IMG/VR virus record: IMGVR_UViG_3300044878_000169
Direction: 5' to 3' (one strand)
DNA length: 64,000 nt
DNA from: a virus
Part shown: positions 9,564-18,930 of the stretch, piece by piece
Layout of the letters: every line of letters begins with the position of its first letter
Position numbering within the stretch: the stretch's first letter is position 1
The notes under the pieces: model-generated
The model's input: only the letters and a program-made list of their open reading frames with translations
What the model was told of the DNA's origin: nothing
Databases searched by the model: none
Made by a program: the position numbers and the translations under genes

Positions 9564-9920
9564 ATGCCACAGTTCACCCTCGACGGCGCCACGCACGAGT
9601 ACCTGATGCCGGACCCCGGCCACCCGCCCGAACAGGCCCGGTCGTGGGAGTACGGGAACTACCCGAAGGTCATGGCAAGTATCCCCCTGGCCGCCGGCGG
9701 GACGGTGGACGTCTATGCCGTCGCCGAGCGCTGGAACCCCTCGCACGTACTGGTCTCGTGGCAGGACGACGACTGGCACGCACACTGGGCGTGGATCCCT
9801 GCGGGTAACGTTCGCCGCGTCACGGACTCGGAGTGGGACGTCGAAGATTACCGCCGGTGCCCGGAAAAGTTACGGCCGGTCCGGTGGGGGAACCGCCTCC
9901 CCGGCTTCCTCCCGGCCTGA
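9564..9920 (+). CDS. Hypothetical Trp-rich protein
   Basis: Typical codon usage; ends next to the attP arm. Confidence 0.65.
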   Translation: MPQFTLDGATHEYLMPDPGHPPEQARSWEYGNYPKVMASIPLAAGGTVDVYAVAERWNPSHVLVSWQDDDWHAHWAWIPAGNVRRVTDSEWDVEDYRRCPEKLRPVRWGNRLPGFLPA

Positions 9921-9921
9921 T

Positions 9922-10198
9922 CCTCTGAGAGGTTTCTGAGAGGATGAGCCCCAGCAGGCCGATTTCGTCGACTGTAAATAGGGGAACTCTAAGGATCTCG
10001 GGGGAAGAACTTTAGGTAACTCGACACGCCCGGGATTCATGAAAAAACCCCGCCATTCCGCAGAATCTGCGGAATGGCGGGGCTAGGGAAGTTGGTGGGT
10101 CCTACCGGGATCGAACCGATGACATCCACGGTGTAAACGTGGGTGTGTGGCCTTATAACGCTTGGAGTTTTGGGGCCTCTGAGAGGTTTCTGAGAGGA
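9922..10198. other. attP: attP-type site: arm repeats plus tRNA-Val 3'-half core (10093-10142)
   Basis: CCTCTGAGAGGTTTCTGAGAGGA at 9922-9944 and 10176-10198; minus-strand CCACG-TTTACAC-CGTGG...GGTTCGATCCC...ACCA with no tRNA 5' half. Confidence 0.88.
10042..10082 (-). terminator. Terminator downstream of the att core and integrase
   Basis: Long perfect inverted repeat ccccgccattccgcag/ctgcggaatggcgggg with T6 on the minus strand. Confidence 0.85.
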
Positions 10199-11301
10199 AT
10201 GGTCTGCCGTTTGGCGATGATGAGGGAGTCCATGCGTCCGGCGACGTCGTCGAGGTCCTGATCGAAGAGCCCGGCGTAGACGTCGAGTGTGATCTTCGCG
10301 GAGGCGTGCCCGAGCATCCGCTGCACTGACTTGACCGAGGCGCCGGCGGCGATGGACAGCGACGCCGCGGTGTGCCGCAGGTCGTGCACCCACAGTTCCT
10401 CCGGCAGCCCGGCGGTGAGGACGGCGGGGTCGTAGGTGCGGCGCTTGAAGTTGTTCGACCGGAGCCAGGCGCCGCGCTTGCCCGGGAAGACGAGGTCGTT
10501 GCGGGCCCGGCCCTGCAGGCGGTCGCGCATGCTCTCGGTGATGAACCCGGTGAGGGGCACGTCGCGGGGTTTGCCGTTCTTCGGCGGCCCGACGACGAGC
10601 TTTCCCTCGACGTCGGTCACGGACCGTGCGACGGTCACGCGGGCCCGGGTGAGGTGGAAGTCTTTGGTCCGCAGCTCGGCGGCTTCGCCGAACCGGAGCC
10701 CGGTGGTGGCGAGGAACCAGATCAGGTCACGGTAGTAGGGGTCGATGGTGTTCGCGAGGGCTTCCACTTCGGGGACGGTGAGGTAGATGTGCTCGCGCTT
10801 CTCGCCGGCGGGCAGGTTCACGCCTTTGGCCGGGGTCTTCCCGAGCCGTCCTTCTTCCACGCACCAGTTAAGGAAGGACCGGAACCGGCCGTAGATGGTG
10901 TCCACCGTCCGGGCAGCTTTGCCCATCGTGTTCACCCAGGCTTGTATTTCGGCGCGGGTGATGTCGGCGACGATCTTGTCTCCCCAGTACGGGAGGATTG
11001 TGGCGCGGATGTCGGAGCGGGTGGCGGCGAGGGTGGAGGGTTTCAGCTGGGCCTGGGAGTCGACCCATTCGGGCAGGAGGTCCCGGACGAACACCCGGCC
11101 GCGTTCGGCGGGGACGTAGGTCCCGGAGCGTTGGTGGTGGTCGACGTGGGTCAGGTGGGCGCGGGCGGCGTCCTTGGTGTGGAAGGACGCCTTGCGTTCT
11201 CCTCCGCCCTCGGTCCAGACGGCCTGCCAGCGTTTGCCCTTGCCGTAAAGGGGGGTGCGGGTTTTGTCTTTCCGGGTCCACCGGTCGTCGACGCGGCCCA
11301 T
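10153..11301 (-). CDS. int: Tyrosine integrase
   Basis: TGLRFGE, HDLRH, LGH and TLDVY catalytic motifs; ATG at 11301. Confidence 0.95.
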   Translation of the reverse strand: MGRVDDRWTRKDKTRTPLYGKGKRWQAVWTEGGGERKASFHTKDAARAHLTHVDHHQRSGTYVPAERGRVFVRDLLPEWVDSQAQLKPSTLAATRSDIRATILPYWGDKIVADITRAEIQAWVNTMGKAARTVDTIYGRFRSFLNWCVEEGRLGKTPAKGVNLPAGEKREHIYLTVPEVEALANTIDPYYRDLIWFLATTGLRFGEAAELRTKDFHLTRARVTVARSVTDVEGKLVVGPPKNGKPRDVPLTGFITESMRDRLQGRARNDLVFPGKRGAWLRSNNFKRRTYDPAVLTAGLPEELWVHDLRHTAASLSIAAGASVKSVQRMLGHASAKITLDVYAGLFDQDLDDVAGRMDSLIIAKRQTIPLRNLSEAPKLQAL

Positions 11302-11630
11302 CAGACCAGGGGGTGTCCGATGAGGCGTTGCATGATGAGCCATTCGTCGACGTCGAGGTCTGCGAGGTAGTGCAGCACGTCGCGGCGGGTGACGTTGAGC
11401 GTCGCGGCGATGACGTCGGTGCTGTGCTCGGTGCGGGCGGCGTTGAGGAACGCCCGGGGGGTGATGAGCCGGCGGGCGGCCCATCGGGCGGCCCGGTCGC
11501 ACGCGGTGGAGTTATCGCAGGCGGTGCGGTAGTAGGTGTGGCCGCGCTCGTGCATGGCAGCGGAACGGTCCGGTGTTGCAGCGGTCTGGATGGCCGTGGT
11601 TTTTTCCTTCAGCATCGGTGAGTGCCCCAA
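11301..11630 (-). CDS. Short ImmA/IrrE-like metalloprotease
   Basis: HERGH (HExxH) and WAARRLI; lies between repressor and integrase; alternative ATG at 11615. Confidence 0.65.
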   Translation of the reverse strand: MGHSPMLKEKTTAIQTAATPDRSAAMHERGHTYYRTACDNSTACDRAARWAARRLITPRAFLNAARTEHSTDVIAATLNVTRRDVLHYLADLDVDEWLIMQRLIGHPLV

Positions 11631-11735
11631 GTCTTAGATGCCGCCACTGTGGCGACGGGAACAAGCTAACACAGTTCCGTAGTGTTCCCATTTTGTCAGA
11701 GGTACCTGCTCCACGCGTGAAGGCCGCTGCCGCCC

Positions 11736-12164
11736 CTATGATTCCCCGAGAAACCTGTTTTTATAGTTACGGAATCGATATGAAAGTTCGGCGAGGAGTT
11801 CCTCGTCGGTAAGTTGGCTGGCGCGTGTTACGCGTTGTTCCGTGGCACCGCTTTCTTCCTCGGCGAGCTCCTGCCAGGACGCCTCACCGGCCCCCTCCTG
11901 CATGAACGCGAGAGTGACGGATTCCTTGGGGGTATCGGCGGCGTTATCGAGCACTTCCTGGATGGATCCGACCCGCCATCCAAGAGCTTTCTCTACCTTG
12001 CGCTGGTTGGTGTCCCATGCGATGCGCTTGCCCTGTTCCATCGTCGTGAGGGTCTTGATGTCGACCCCGGCCACCTTGGCGAAAGGGAGCCGGCGGAGGC
12101 CGCGGTCGAGGCGTGCTTCCGCGATGAGATGGCCGATGGTTTCGAGGGCTTCTTGTTCATTCAC
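11736..12164 (-). CDS. Immunity repressor (XRE-type HTH)
   Basis: HTH-like FAKVAGVDIKTLTTMEQG; divergent from Cro; GTG start inferred. Confidence 0.75.
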   Translation of the reverse strand: MNEQEALETIGHLIAEARLDRGLRRLPFAKVAGVDIKTLTTMEQGKRIAWDTNQRKVEKALGWRVGSIQEVLDNAADTPKESVTLAFMQEGAGEASWQELAEEESGATEQRVTRASQLTDEELLAELSYRFRNYKNRFLGES

Positions 12165-12354
12165 AGGCCCATCGTGTCTTACGGAAGTTCTCCTTACAAG
12201 TGGCCGATTCAGCGGAAAACTATCCGCCTTTACGGAACTTGAGGCCCATTCAAACACGTGTTCGAAAATTACATTCCTGTAGTTCTGGGGGCAGTTCCAC
12301 AGTGTTACCCGCACTTCCTTGCTAAGTTCCCTAGTGTTCCGTATTGTGGTTTTC
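12165..12354. promoter_or_regulatory. Divergent lysis/lysogeny switch region with operators
   Basis: AT-rich; GTTCC-N5-GTT(C/A)C sites at 12294 and 12326; -10-like TATTGT 7 nt before the cro ATG. Confidence 0.75.
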
Positions 12355-12630
12355 ATGACAACGAAGAAGAAGCCGCGGCGCTACCTCCCACGCACCCACA
12401 ACGACACCAACCCCGCCAAGACCGGCCGGATCATCCGGCAGCTGCGGATCAACAAGGGCATGACGCAGGAAGAGATCGCGACGGCGGCCGGCTACAAGAA
12501 CCACCACAGCATCTCCCGGATCGAGTCGGGGTCCATGCCGATCCCGGACGCGAAGCTGTTGAAGGTCGCCCAGTACCTGGCGATTGATCCGGACAAGATC
12601 CGCAAGCCTGCCGTGAAGGTCGGCCGATGA
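12355..12630 (+). CDS. Cro-like XRE HTH protein
   Basis: LRINKGMTQEEIATAAG...ISRIESG. Confidence 0.85.
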   Translation: MTTKKKPRRYLPRTHNDTNPAKTGRIIRQLRINKGMTQEEIATAAGYKNHHSISRIESGSMPIPDAKLLKVAQYLAIDPDKIRKPAVKVGR

Positions 12631-13082
12631 GCGCCTCGCTGGAGCTGGGCCAGCGCGTCCGCTTTACCGAGAAGCTGGTTCGCGTCCGGATCCACACCTA
12701 CGCCGACTACAACGCTCCGCGGCAGGAGGAGCTGCTGCAGTCAGCGCTGGACCGCATGGGCATCTCCCGCTCCCGGGGCGGAACAACCTTCCGGCACCTC
12801 GACTGGAAGCTGTGGGTGCCGGAGTCATTCGCTGACAAGCATCTGCACTCCGGCCTAACCAGGCTGGACTACGTGTACGGCATCCCAACCTCCGGGCACG
12901 GGGTCATCGTCCAGCGCGCCACCCTCCAGCAGGGCGGCACCTACCAGCAGGGCTACGAGGAGGGCCCGTGCTGGATGGACCACGGCACGACCCGCGCCTA
13001 CAAGGTCGCGTTCGACATCAACCGCAAGCCCGTCCACGTCCTGCCCGAACACATCACGGTGCTGGAGTCGTCCGGTGAGTGA
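12627..13082 (+). CDS. Hypothetical early protein
   Basis: ATGA-coupled in the early operon. Confidence 0.7.
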   Translation: MSASLELGQRVRFTEKLVRVRIHTYADYNAPRQEELLQSALDRMGISRSRGGTTFRHLDWKLWVPESFADKHLHSGLTRLDYVYGIPTSGHGVIVQRATLQQGGTYQQGYEEGPCWMDHGTTRAYKVAFDINRKPVHVLPEHITVLESSGE

Positions 13083-13266
13083 GTCGATGCGGCGCGGTAC
13101 CCGCCGGAACCTGTCCACCCAGCCCATCCCCCGCGGCCGGGCCAAACCCGCCACCATCAAGCCTTCCCCCATCAGCCCGGACGAACTCGCGCAGATCATC
13201 GCCGAAGCCAGGGCCGAGCGCACCGAAACCGACATCCAAGCCTACGCAGAACGGAAAGCATCATGA
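13075..13266 (+). CDS. Hypothetical protein
   Basis: Overlapping operon gene. Confidence 0.6.
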   Translation: MSESMRRGTRRNLSTQPIPRGRAKPATIKPSPISPDELAQIIAEARAERTETDIQAYAERKAS

Positions 13267-13529
13267 CGCAAGCAATGGTCTTTGAGGACCTCGACTGGAG
13301 CGCGGACGCCCGTGAGGCGCTGGAGCAGGTCGCCAAGCTGGGGAAGCCCTTCGACGCCTTCGACCTCACGGAGAAGGCCGAGCTACGCGATCCCCCGCAC
13401 CCGAATATGTGGGGCACCCTGTTCCGGGAAGCGTCCAAGGATGGCGTTATCCGCCGGGTGGGCTTCCACGAGTCCCGCCGCCCGGGCCGTCGTGCTGGTG
13501 TGTGTCGTGTCTGGCAGGTGGCGGCATGA
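13263..13529 (+). CDS. Hypothetical protein (possible winged helix)
   Basis: ATGA coupling; PPHPNMWG motif. Confidence 0.7.
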   Translation: MTQAMVFEDLDWSADAREALEQVAKLGKPFDAFDLTEKAELRDPPHPNMWGTLFREASKDGVIRRVGFHESRRPGRRAGVCRVWQVAA

Positions 13530-13852
13530 GCATCTGCAAGGACTGCGGCGGCATCGGATATCCCAAGTCGTGGTGCGCCGGGCCGCCGGTGCAAACGTCG
13601 CGCCGGGAACTCGCGGACGCATTCATTGCCAACGCCCACCCGGACAGCATTGTCGGCCAGCTCTTCCCGCGCCGCCGGCACCCGATCCGGGTCTTCCAGT
13701 GCAAGGACGACTGCTGCGCCGTGCAGGTCCCGTCGAAGCGCTTCTGGTATGTGAAGACCCCATCCACCACCGCAACCTGGACGACCTTCGGGGACGCCAT
13801 CCGTGACGCCGCCGAGTTCGCCCGATCAATCCCCCAGGAGGTAACAGCATGA
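13526..13852 (+). CDS. Hypothetical protein
   Basis: ATGA coupling. Confidence 0.6.
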   Translation: MSICKDCGGIGYPKSWCAGPPVQTSRRELADAFIANAHPDSIVGQLFPRRRHPIRVFQCKDDCCAVQVPSKRFWYVKTPSTTATWTTFGDAIRDAAEFARSIPQEVTA

Positions 13853-14043
13853 GCGCCGACGCGAAAGTATCCGAGGTCGCCGAGCACCTCGACCTGCACC
13901 CGGAGACGGTCCGGTCGATGGCCAGGGCGGGCGCGTTCCCGAACGCGTACAAGTCGGGCCGGGGCGGGCAGTCGTCGCCGATCCGGATCCCGTGGACGGA
14001 TGTTGAGGATTACCGGAAGAAGCAGCCGAGGGTCAGCCGATGA
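13849..14043 (+). CDS. Excisionase-like HTH protein
   Basis: VSEVAEHLDLHPETVRSMARAG...IRIP; 64 aa. Confidence 0.75.
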   Translation: MSADAKVSEVAEHLDLHPETVRSMARAGAFPNAYKSGRGGQSSPIRIPWTDVEDYRKKQPRVSR

Positions 14044-14372
14044 GCGGCATTATCCCGGACGAAGCGGTTGAGGCGGCGGCGAAGGTTTTCCATCAGGACG
14101 GGTGGGAAGGGCCGCCATTCTGGGAGAGCTTAGATCAGGATGACCCGTCCCGGTTGGAGTATCTTGCGACCGCCCGCGCCGCCCTCGAAGCCGCGGCGCC
14201 CTTCATTGCCTCCCAGGCACTCGAAGACGCGGCGGCCGAGCTGGCCCGCCTGCCGTACGTGAAGCCGGACGAGCCGGGCCGTGCCGAGTATGAAAGCGTC
14301 CTCGCGGTCCGCCGCGGGAATGCCGACGGGTGGCTCCTCGCCCGAGCCGCCACGTTGCGAGGCAAGCGGTGA
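14040..14372 (+). CDS. Hypothetical protein
   Basis: IPDEAVEAAA...ARAALEAA phage-type motif. Confidence 0.65.
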   Translation: MSGIIPDEAVEAAAKVFHQDGWEGPPFWESLDQDDPSRLEYLATARAALEAAAPFIASQALEDAAAELARLPYVKPDEPGRAEYESVLAVRRGNADGWLLARAATLRGKR

Positions 14373-14662
14373 ATCCGGAGGAGGAGCTGCGGGCGGCGGT
14401 CCGGCAGGCGATCAACGACTCCGAGGGGGCGGCGCACTCCCCCGACCACCTGCTGGATGTCCAGGCCGCGGCCGCTGTCGGGGCGATGCTCCGGCTGGGC
14501 TGGGTGAAGACGGCCGGGTGGGAGTACGCGGTGATGGCCGGGGACGTGACGCATGAGGTCGGGTTCAACACGGAGGGTCAGGCGCGGGCGTGGGCCGATG
14601 AGAACCCGGGCCGGTACGTGATTGAGCGCCGGCCGGTGGGTGTGTGGGAGCCCCTCCAGTGA
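14369..14662 (+). CDS. Hypothetical protein
   Basis: GTGA coupling. Confidence 0.6.
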   Translation: MNPEEELRAAVRQAINDSEGAAHSPDHLLDVQAAAAVGAMLRLGWVKTAGWEYAVMAGDVTHEVGFNTEGQARAWADENPGRYVIERRPVGVWEPLQ

Positions 14663-14725
14663 GGAACTTACCCGTCGGTCGACGAGTTCCCTATATTTTT
14701 TTGCCCTTTTTTGATGGAAATGTAT

Positions 14726-14752
14726 GGAACACTAGGGAACATGATGTAAGCT
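14726..14752 (+). promoter_or_regulatory. Operator plus -10 element (internal early promoter)
   Basis: GGAACACTAGGGAAC followed by TAAGCT. Confidence 0.65.
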
Positions 14753-14824
14753 GAAGCCATAGAAACAAAGAAGCCCGGGAGCGGTAACTCCCGGACTTCA
14801 CAACCACCACAACGCTAGGAGCAC

Positions 14825-15205
14825 ATGGTGATCGCTACCCAGTCTAAGCCAGTCCCGTACCTGTTCGACAAGGACCTCGCCGTCCACATCGTCTTCGCCG
14901 AGATCAAACACTTCGCCGCCGAGATGAGCATCAACGGCCCGTCCGAGGACGAACTCCAGACCCTCACCCGCCGCCTGTCCTGGCTCGTGGACCGCGACCT
15001 CCGCTGGACCGACGTCGACACGCTCGTCGCCTACGCCAAGGAACTCCGCCAGGTCGAGGACGGAACGCACGAGAACCTCCACATCAACGCCGCCGGCACC
15101 GTCGACGACACCGGCCACGTCCGAGGCTCCCTCCTGATCACCATGTTCTGGGAGATCGGCCTGTCCCTCGGCACCATCAAGGCCCGTTGGGAGCTGGCAG
15201 CGTGA
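14825..15205 (+). CDS. Hypothetical protein
   Basis: AGGAG RBS; typical codon usage. Confidence 0.7.
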   Translation: MVIATQSKPVPYLFDKDLAVHIVFAEIKHFAAEMSINGPSEDELQTLTRRLSWLVDRDLRWTDVDTLVAYAKELRQVEDGTHENLHINAAGTVDDTGHVRGSLLITMFWEIGLSLGTIKARWELAA

Positions 15206-15421
15206 ACGTCCTTATCCTCCTCCTCGGCACCGTCGCCGTGGGCGTCGCGATCCCCTGGGCGGTCCGTGCCGACCGGGCCGACGCCCACCTGATCCACCTC
15301 GCCAACTGCCCTGACTGTGCGGCTAACGACGAATGGGCCGGGCTGTGAGCGCCTGCGACCACCCCGTGGACTTCTACGACAAGGGCGCCACTACTTGCGC
15401 CGTATGCGGTCAGGACCTGTC

Positions 15422-15601
15422 ATGACGGCCTGTTACTGCGGCGGCCTGTACCGGTGCGAAACCTGCCGGCTGGACGTCTGCTACTGCCCCGGCCACGGAG
15501 ACCCCACCCCCGATACCCAGGCCGAAGTTACGGCCGGATACATCAACCCTTCCCAAGCCCGCATCGACGCGTGGCAGACCAAACAGGAGCTAACCCGATG
15601 A
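15422..15601 (+). CDS. Small Cys-rich protein
   Basis: CxC/CxxC motifs; ATGA coupling at both ends. Confidence 0.55.
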   Translation: MTACYCGGLYRCETCRLDVCYCPGHGDPTPDTQAEVTAGYINPSQARIDAWQTKQELTR

Positions 15602-16707
15602 CTCTCCAGACCCGCAAGCCCACCGGCAAACCGCCGTGGCCCATCACCCTGATCGCCGGGGTGGAGAAGGCCGGCAAGTCCTATGCCGCTGCCAAGGCCT
15701 CCGCCTCCGACTTGATCGACCGCACGTTCTGGATCGGCGTGGGCGAGGATGACCCGGACGAGTACGGCGCCATCGAAGGCGCCCGCTTCGAGATCGTCCC
15801 CCATGACGGGACGTACGCCCAGATCATCGGCAAGCTCGCCGAGGCCGTGAAGGAACCCGCCGCTGACGGCAAGCAGAACCTGATCGTCATCGACTCGGGG
15901 ACCCGCGTGTGGGAGATGCTCTCCGACGAGGCCCAGGAGAAGGCCCGCTCCCGGGCGATGGCCGCCGCGAAGAAGTACAACCGAAAGTTCGACACGGACA
16001 CCGAGGTCACCATTGGCCCGGACTTGTGGAACCGTGCCACGGACCGGTGGCGGGACATGATGGATCTCCTCCGCCTCCACAACGGCCCCTCGATCATCAC
16101 TGCCCGCCTCGATGAGGTGATGGTGATGGGCGCCGACGGGAAGCCCACGAAGGACAAGACGTTCAAGGTGAAGGCCCAGAAGTCCCTCCCGTTCGACGTC
16201 GGCGTGGTTATCGAAATGCCGTCCCGGGGTGAGGCTTTCATCGGCGGTGTCCGGTCCTTGAAGATGAATATCCCCGTGGGTGAGAAGAAGCCGATCCGGG
16301 ACTTCAGTGTCGATGGTCTGTGGCGCGGTCTGGGCATCGATCAGCCGGGGGCCACGTCCCCCCGGCAGCACTCCGGAGCGGATGGCCAGGCATCCGCTGC
16401 CGTCCCGGACGAACAGCAGGAGGCGCCGGCCCGGCGCCCGCAGGGCAACCCGAATGAGGACGCCGGAGCTGCCGCGCTCCACGCCCGCCAGCAGGCCGCA
16501 CAGTCCCGCCCGGTCCCGCCGGTCAACTGGCAGCAGCTCTTCCACGACGCCGCCGGCAACCGGACCCAGCTGCAGGCCATCCGCAACCAGGCCAAGCAGG
16601 CAGGCGCGCCGGACACTTTCTGGATGTTCGCCGCGATTGAGAAGGAACTCGCCCGGATCGCCGAGGCCAAGACAGCAGAAACCGTTCTGGAAGGGGCAGT
16701 GGTATGA
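15598..16707 (+). CDS. Sak4-like AAA ATPase / recombinase
   Basis: Walker A GVEKAGKS and Walker B LIVIDS; near ssb. Confidence 0.75.
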   Translation: MTLQTRKPTGKPPWPITLIAGVEKAGKSYAAAKASASDLIDRTFWIGVGEDDPDEYGAIEGARFEIVPHDGTYAQIIGKLAEAVKEPAADGKQNLIVIDSGTRVWEMLSDEAQEKARSRAMAAAKKYNRKFDTDTEVTIGPDLWNRATDRWRDMMDLLRLHNGPSIITARLDEVMVMGADGKPTKDKTFKVKAQKSLPFDVGVVIEMPSRGEAFIGGVRSLKMNIPVGEKKPIRDFSVDGLWRGLGIDQPGATSPRQHSGADGQASAAVPDEQQEAPARRPQGNPNEDAGAAALHARQQAAQSRPVPPVNWQQLFHDAAGNRTQLQAIRNQAKQAGAPDTFWMFAAIEKELARIAEAKTAETVLEGAVV

Positions 16708-17240
16708 GCGCGCTGAGTCGTGAGGTCGAGTACATGGCCGTCTACCTGTTGAAGAAGCGGGTGGCGGCGCTGGAAGAGCAGCTCAAGGCCAAGTACGCCG
16801 ACGGGGTGAAGGCCCCGGACGGGACGGTGTTGGAGAAGGGCATGCGCCCGGGTGAGCGGAAGGCCGTCGTCGTGGAGCTGGAGGACGGCACCGAGGTGGA
16901 GCTCGGCGGGATCACCCGCTCGAAGCCGACGCCGGCGTGGAAGGTCACGGACCCGCAGGCGCTCGATGCCTGGATCCGGGAGAACCAGCCCGACGTCGTC
17001 GAGACTGTCACCCAGCAGGTCGTTCCGGAGTGGTTCGTCGCGAACCTGCTGAACGCCGCGAAGGCGACCGGCGCCGCCGTTTCGGATGGTGGTGAGGAGA
17101 TTCCTGGCATCGCGTTGGTGACGGGCTCCTCGTACGTGGCGCCGAAGCCGTCGGGTGACGCTGACCAGAAGCTCGAGGAGCTGGTCCGGGCCGGCGCGCT
17201 GTCGTGGTCCGATGTCCTCGCTATCGAGGCCGCCTCGTGA
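16704..17240 (+). CDS. Hypothetical protein (recombination module)
   Basis: Coupled to the ATPase; GEEIPGI motif. Confidence 0.7.
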   Translation: MSALSREVEYMAVYLLKKRVAALEEQLKAKYADGVKAPDGTVLEKGMRPGERKAVVVELEDGTEVELGGITRSKPTPAWKVTDPQALDAWIRENQPDVVETVTQQVVPEWFVANLLNAAKATGAAVSDGGEEIPGIALVTGSSYVAPKPSGDADQKLEELVRAGALSWSDVLAIEAAS

Positions 17241-17599
17241 ACACCCCCACGACGAACGACGTCGTCCGGCAGCTGGCACAGCTCGGCCGCGACCTCGACA
17301 CCAAGCAGGAGGAGATCCGCCTCCTGGATGAGGCCGCGGTCCGGGCCCGCTCCCGCTACGAGGTCACGTTCGCCCGGAACTTCCTGAAGGCCGAGGGGAA
17401 CCTCGACGTCCGGAAGTACACGGCGACGTTGGAGACGGCGGAGTTGAAGCTGGACGCCGAGATCGCGGACCAGGTGCTCCGGGCGGCGCGGGAGTCCATC
17501 AAGGTGTTGCGGGACCGCTTGGACATCGGCCGCTCCCTGAACTCCGCCATCAAGTCCGAGTGGACCGCACAAGGCGCGGCACAAGGACTGGCAGCGTGA
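17237..17599 (+). CDS. Hypothetical coiled-coil protein
   Basis: GTGA coupling. Confidence 0.65.
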   Translation: MNTPTTNDVVRQLAQLGRDLDTKQEEIRLLDEAAVRARSRYEVTFARNFLKAEGNLDVRKYTATLETAELKLDAEIADQVLRAARESIKVLRDRLDIGRSLNSAIKSEWTAQGAAQGLAA

Positions 17600-17970
17600 A
17601 CGGGTTCAGCAAGGCGCAGAAGATCGCGATCTCCGCCCGTGACCTGGGATGTGTTGTCCACGGCGCGGGCGGGGACTGCGTCGGGGATCTGGTCCACCAT
17701 CACCGGAAGGGCCGCGGGCACGGCGGGGTGAAGTCCCGCAACAGGGTCGCGAACGGGCTTTTGGTCTGTGCGCGGTGGAACACTCTGGTGGAGGCCATGC
17801 CGGACCTCGCCGCCCAGGCACGCAGGTACGGCTGGAAGCTCCGCACAGACTTCGAGATCGACACCCTCCCGGTGTGGATCCCCAAACTCGGCCGGTTCGT
17901 CTACCTCGACGACGACGGCCACTACCTCGACATGTCCCACACCATCATCACTAGTCAGGAAGCAGCGTAA
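17596..17970 (+). CDS. HNH-like endonuclease
   Basis: RDLGC...[10 protein letters not shown]...NGLLVC..N. Confidence 0.7.
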   Translation: MNGFSKAQKIAISARDLGCVVHGAGGDCVGDLVHHHRKGRGHGGVKSRNRVANGLLVCARWNTLVEAMPDLAAQARRYGWKLRTDFEIDTLPVWIPKLGRFVYLDDDGHYLDMSHTIITSQEAA

Positions 17971-17975
17971 ACAAC

Positions 17976-18470
17976 ATGGCAGGCGAAACCACGATCACCG
18001 TGATCGGCAATCTCACGAACGACCCCGAACTCCGGTTCACCCCTAGCGGTTCGGCGGTGGCCAACTTCACCGTGGCCAGCACCCCGCGCACCTTCGACCG
18101 GCAGTCCAACGAGTGGAAGGACGGGGAAACCCTGTTCCTCCGCGCCAGCGTGTGGAAGGAAGCTGCGGAGAACGTCGCTGAGTCCCTGACGAAGGGCATG
18201 CGCGTCATCGTCTCCGGCCGGCTGAAGTCCAGGAGCTACGAGACGAAGGAGGGCGAGAAGAGGACCGTGATCGAGTTGGAGGTCGACGAGATCGGCCCGT
18301 CCCTGAAGTACGCGAATGCGAAGGTGAATCGGACGCAGCGCTCCGGCGGCAACGGTAGCGGCTTTAGCGGCGGTGGGCAGCAGTCCGACCCGTGGGCGGC
18401 GCCCGGCGGGCAGGGCGCCGGCAACGGTGGTGGCTGGGGTAACGGCCCCGACAGCGAACCGCCCTTCTAG
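17976..18470 (+). CDS. ssb: Single-stranded DNA-binding protein
   Basis: Actinobacterial-type SSB sequence with Gly-rich tail ending EPPF. Confidence 0.97.
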   Translation: MAGETTITVIGNLTNDPELRFTPSGSAVANFTVASTPRTFDRQSNEWKDGETLFLRASVWKEAAENVAESLTKGMRVIVSGRLKSRSYETKEGEKRTVIELEVDEIGPSLKYANAKVNRTQRSGGNGSGFSGGGQQSDPWAAPGGQGAGNGGGWGNGPDSEPPF

Positions 18471-18488
18471 ACACCCCGCATCACCCTG

Positions 18489-18522
18489 GGACCCGTTCGG
18501 CATCACGCCGGGCGGGTCCTTT
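18489..18522 (+). terminator. Terminator after ssb
   Basis: ggacccgttcggc/gccgggcgggtcc hairpin plus TTT. Confidence 0.65.
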
Positions 18523-18602
18523 CGCGTGTTACGGGGATGTCTAGGTAATCGCGGGGAATACCTGAGTACAACACGCGGAAAAAACACGTAGAAGATGCGG
18601 AA

Positions 18603-18626
18603 CTTCCCTAGTGTTCCGGGTAGACT
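18603..18626 (+). promoter_or_regulatory. Operator (reverse orientation) plus -10 element
   Basis: CTTCCCTAGTGTTCC followed by TAGACT. Confidence 0.65.
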
Positions 18627-18708
18627 GTAAGAGCAATCAAACAAAAAGAACCCGCCGGTGCTGTAACACCCGCGGGTCCCAACCAAACATCCTAGGAATG
18701 GTTCTGAC

Positions 18709-18930
18709 ATGAACAGTAACCCGGAAATTGTCGCGCCCGCAATACCCGCGGCCGAAGATTCCCTCACGATCCTCCGTGACGTCTCCCACATTTACGAGAC
18801 CATCAAGACTCTCCGGAAGCGGGCCGCCCGCGTCGCCCACGACGACGGCCACACGTACCAGGCCCTCGGCGACGCCCTAGGCATCACCCGCTCCAGCGCC
18901 CACACCCTCATCAATCGGGACGCGGCATGA
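18709..18930 (+). CDS. Small HTH DNA-binding protein
   Basis: GHTYQALGDALGITRSSAH. Confidence 0.75.
   Translation: MNSNPEIVAPAIPAAEDSLTILRDVSHIYETIKTLRKRAARVAHDDGHTYQALGDALGITRSSAHTLINRDAA

Noticed and set aside
10093..10142. Complete tRNA-Val gene
   Set aside because: Only the anticodon arm to CCA is present; upstream is the int stop, with no D-arm or 5' acceptor strand, so it is an att core
11302..11502. 449-aa integrase with a long N-terminal extension
   Set aside because: The extension overlaps the ImmA-like gene; ATG 11301, coupled to its stop, is the more plausible start
10093..12164. Integration-dependent immunity (attP inside the repressor gene)
   Set aside because: The att core is downstream of int and about 1.6 kb from the repressor
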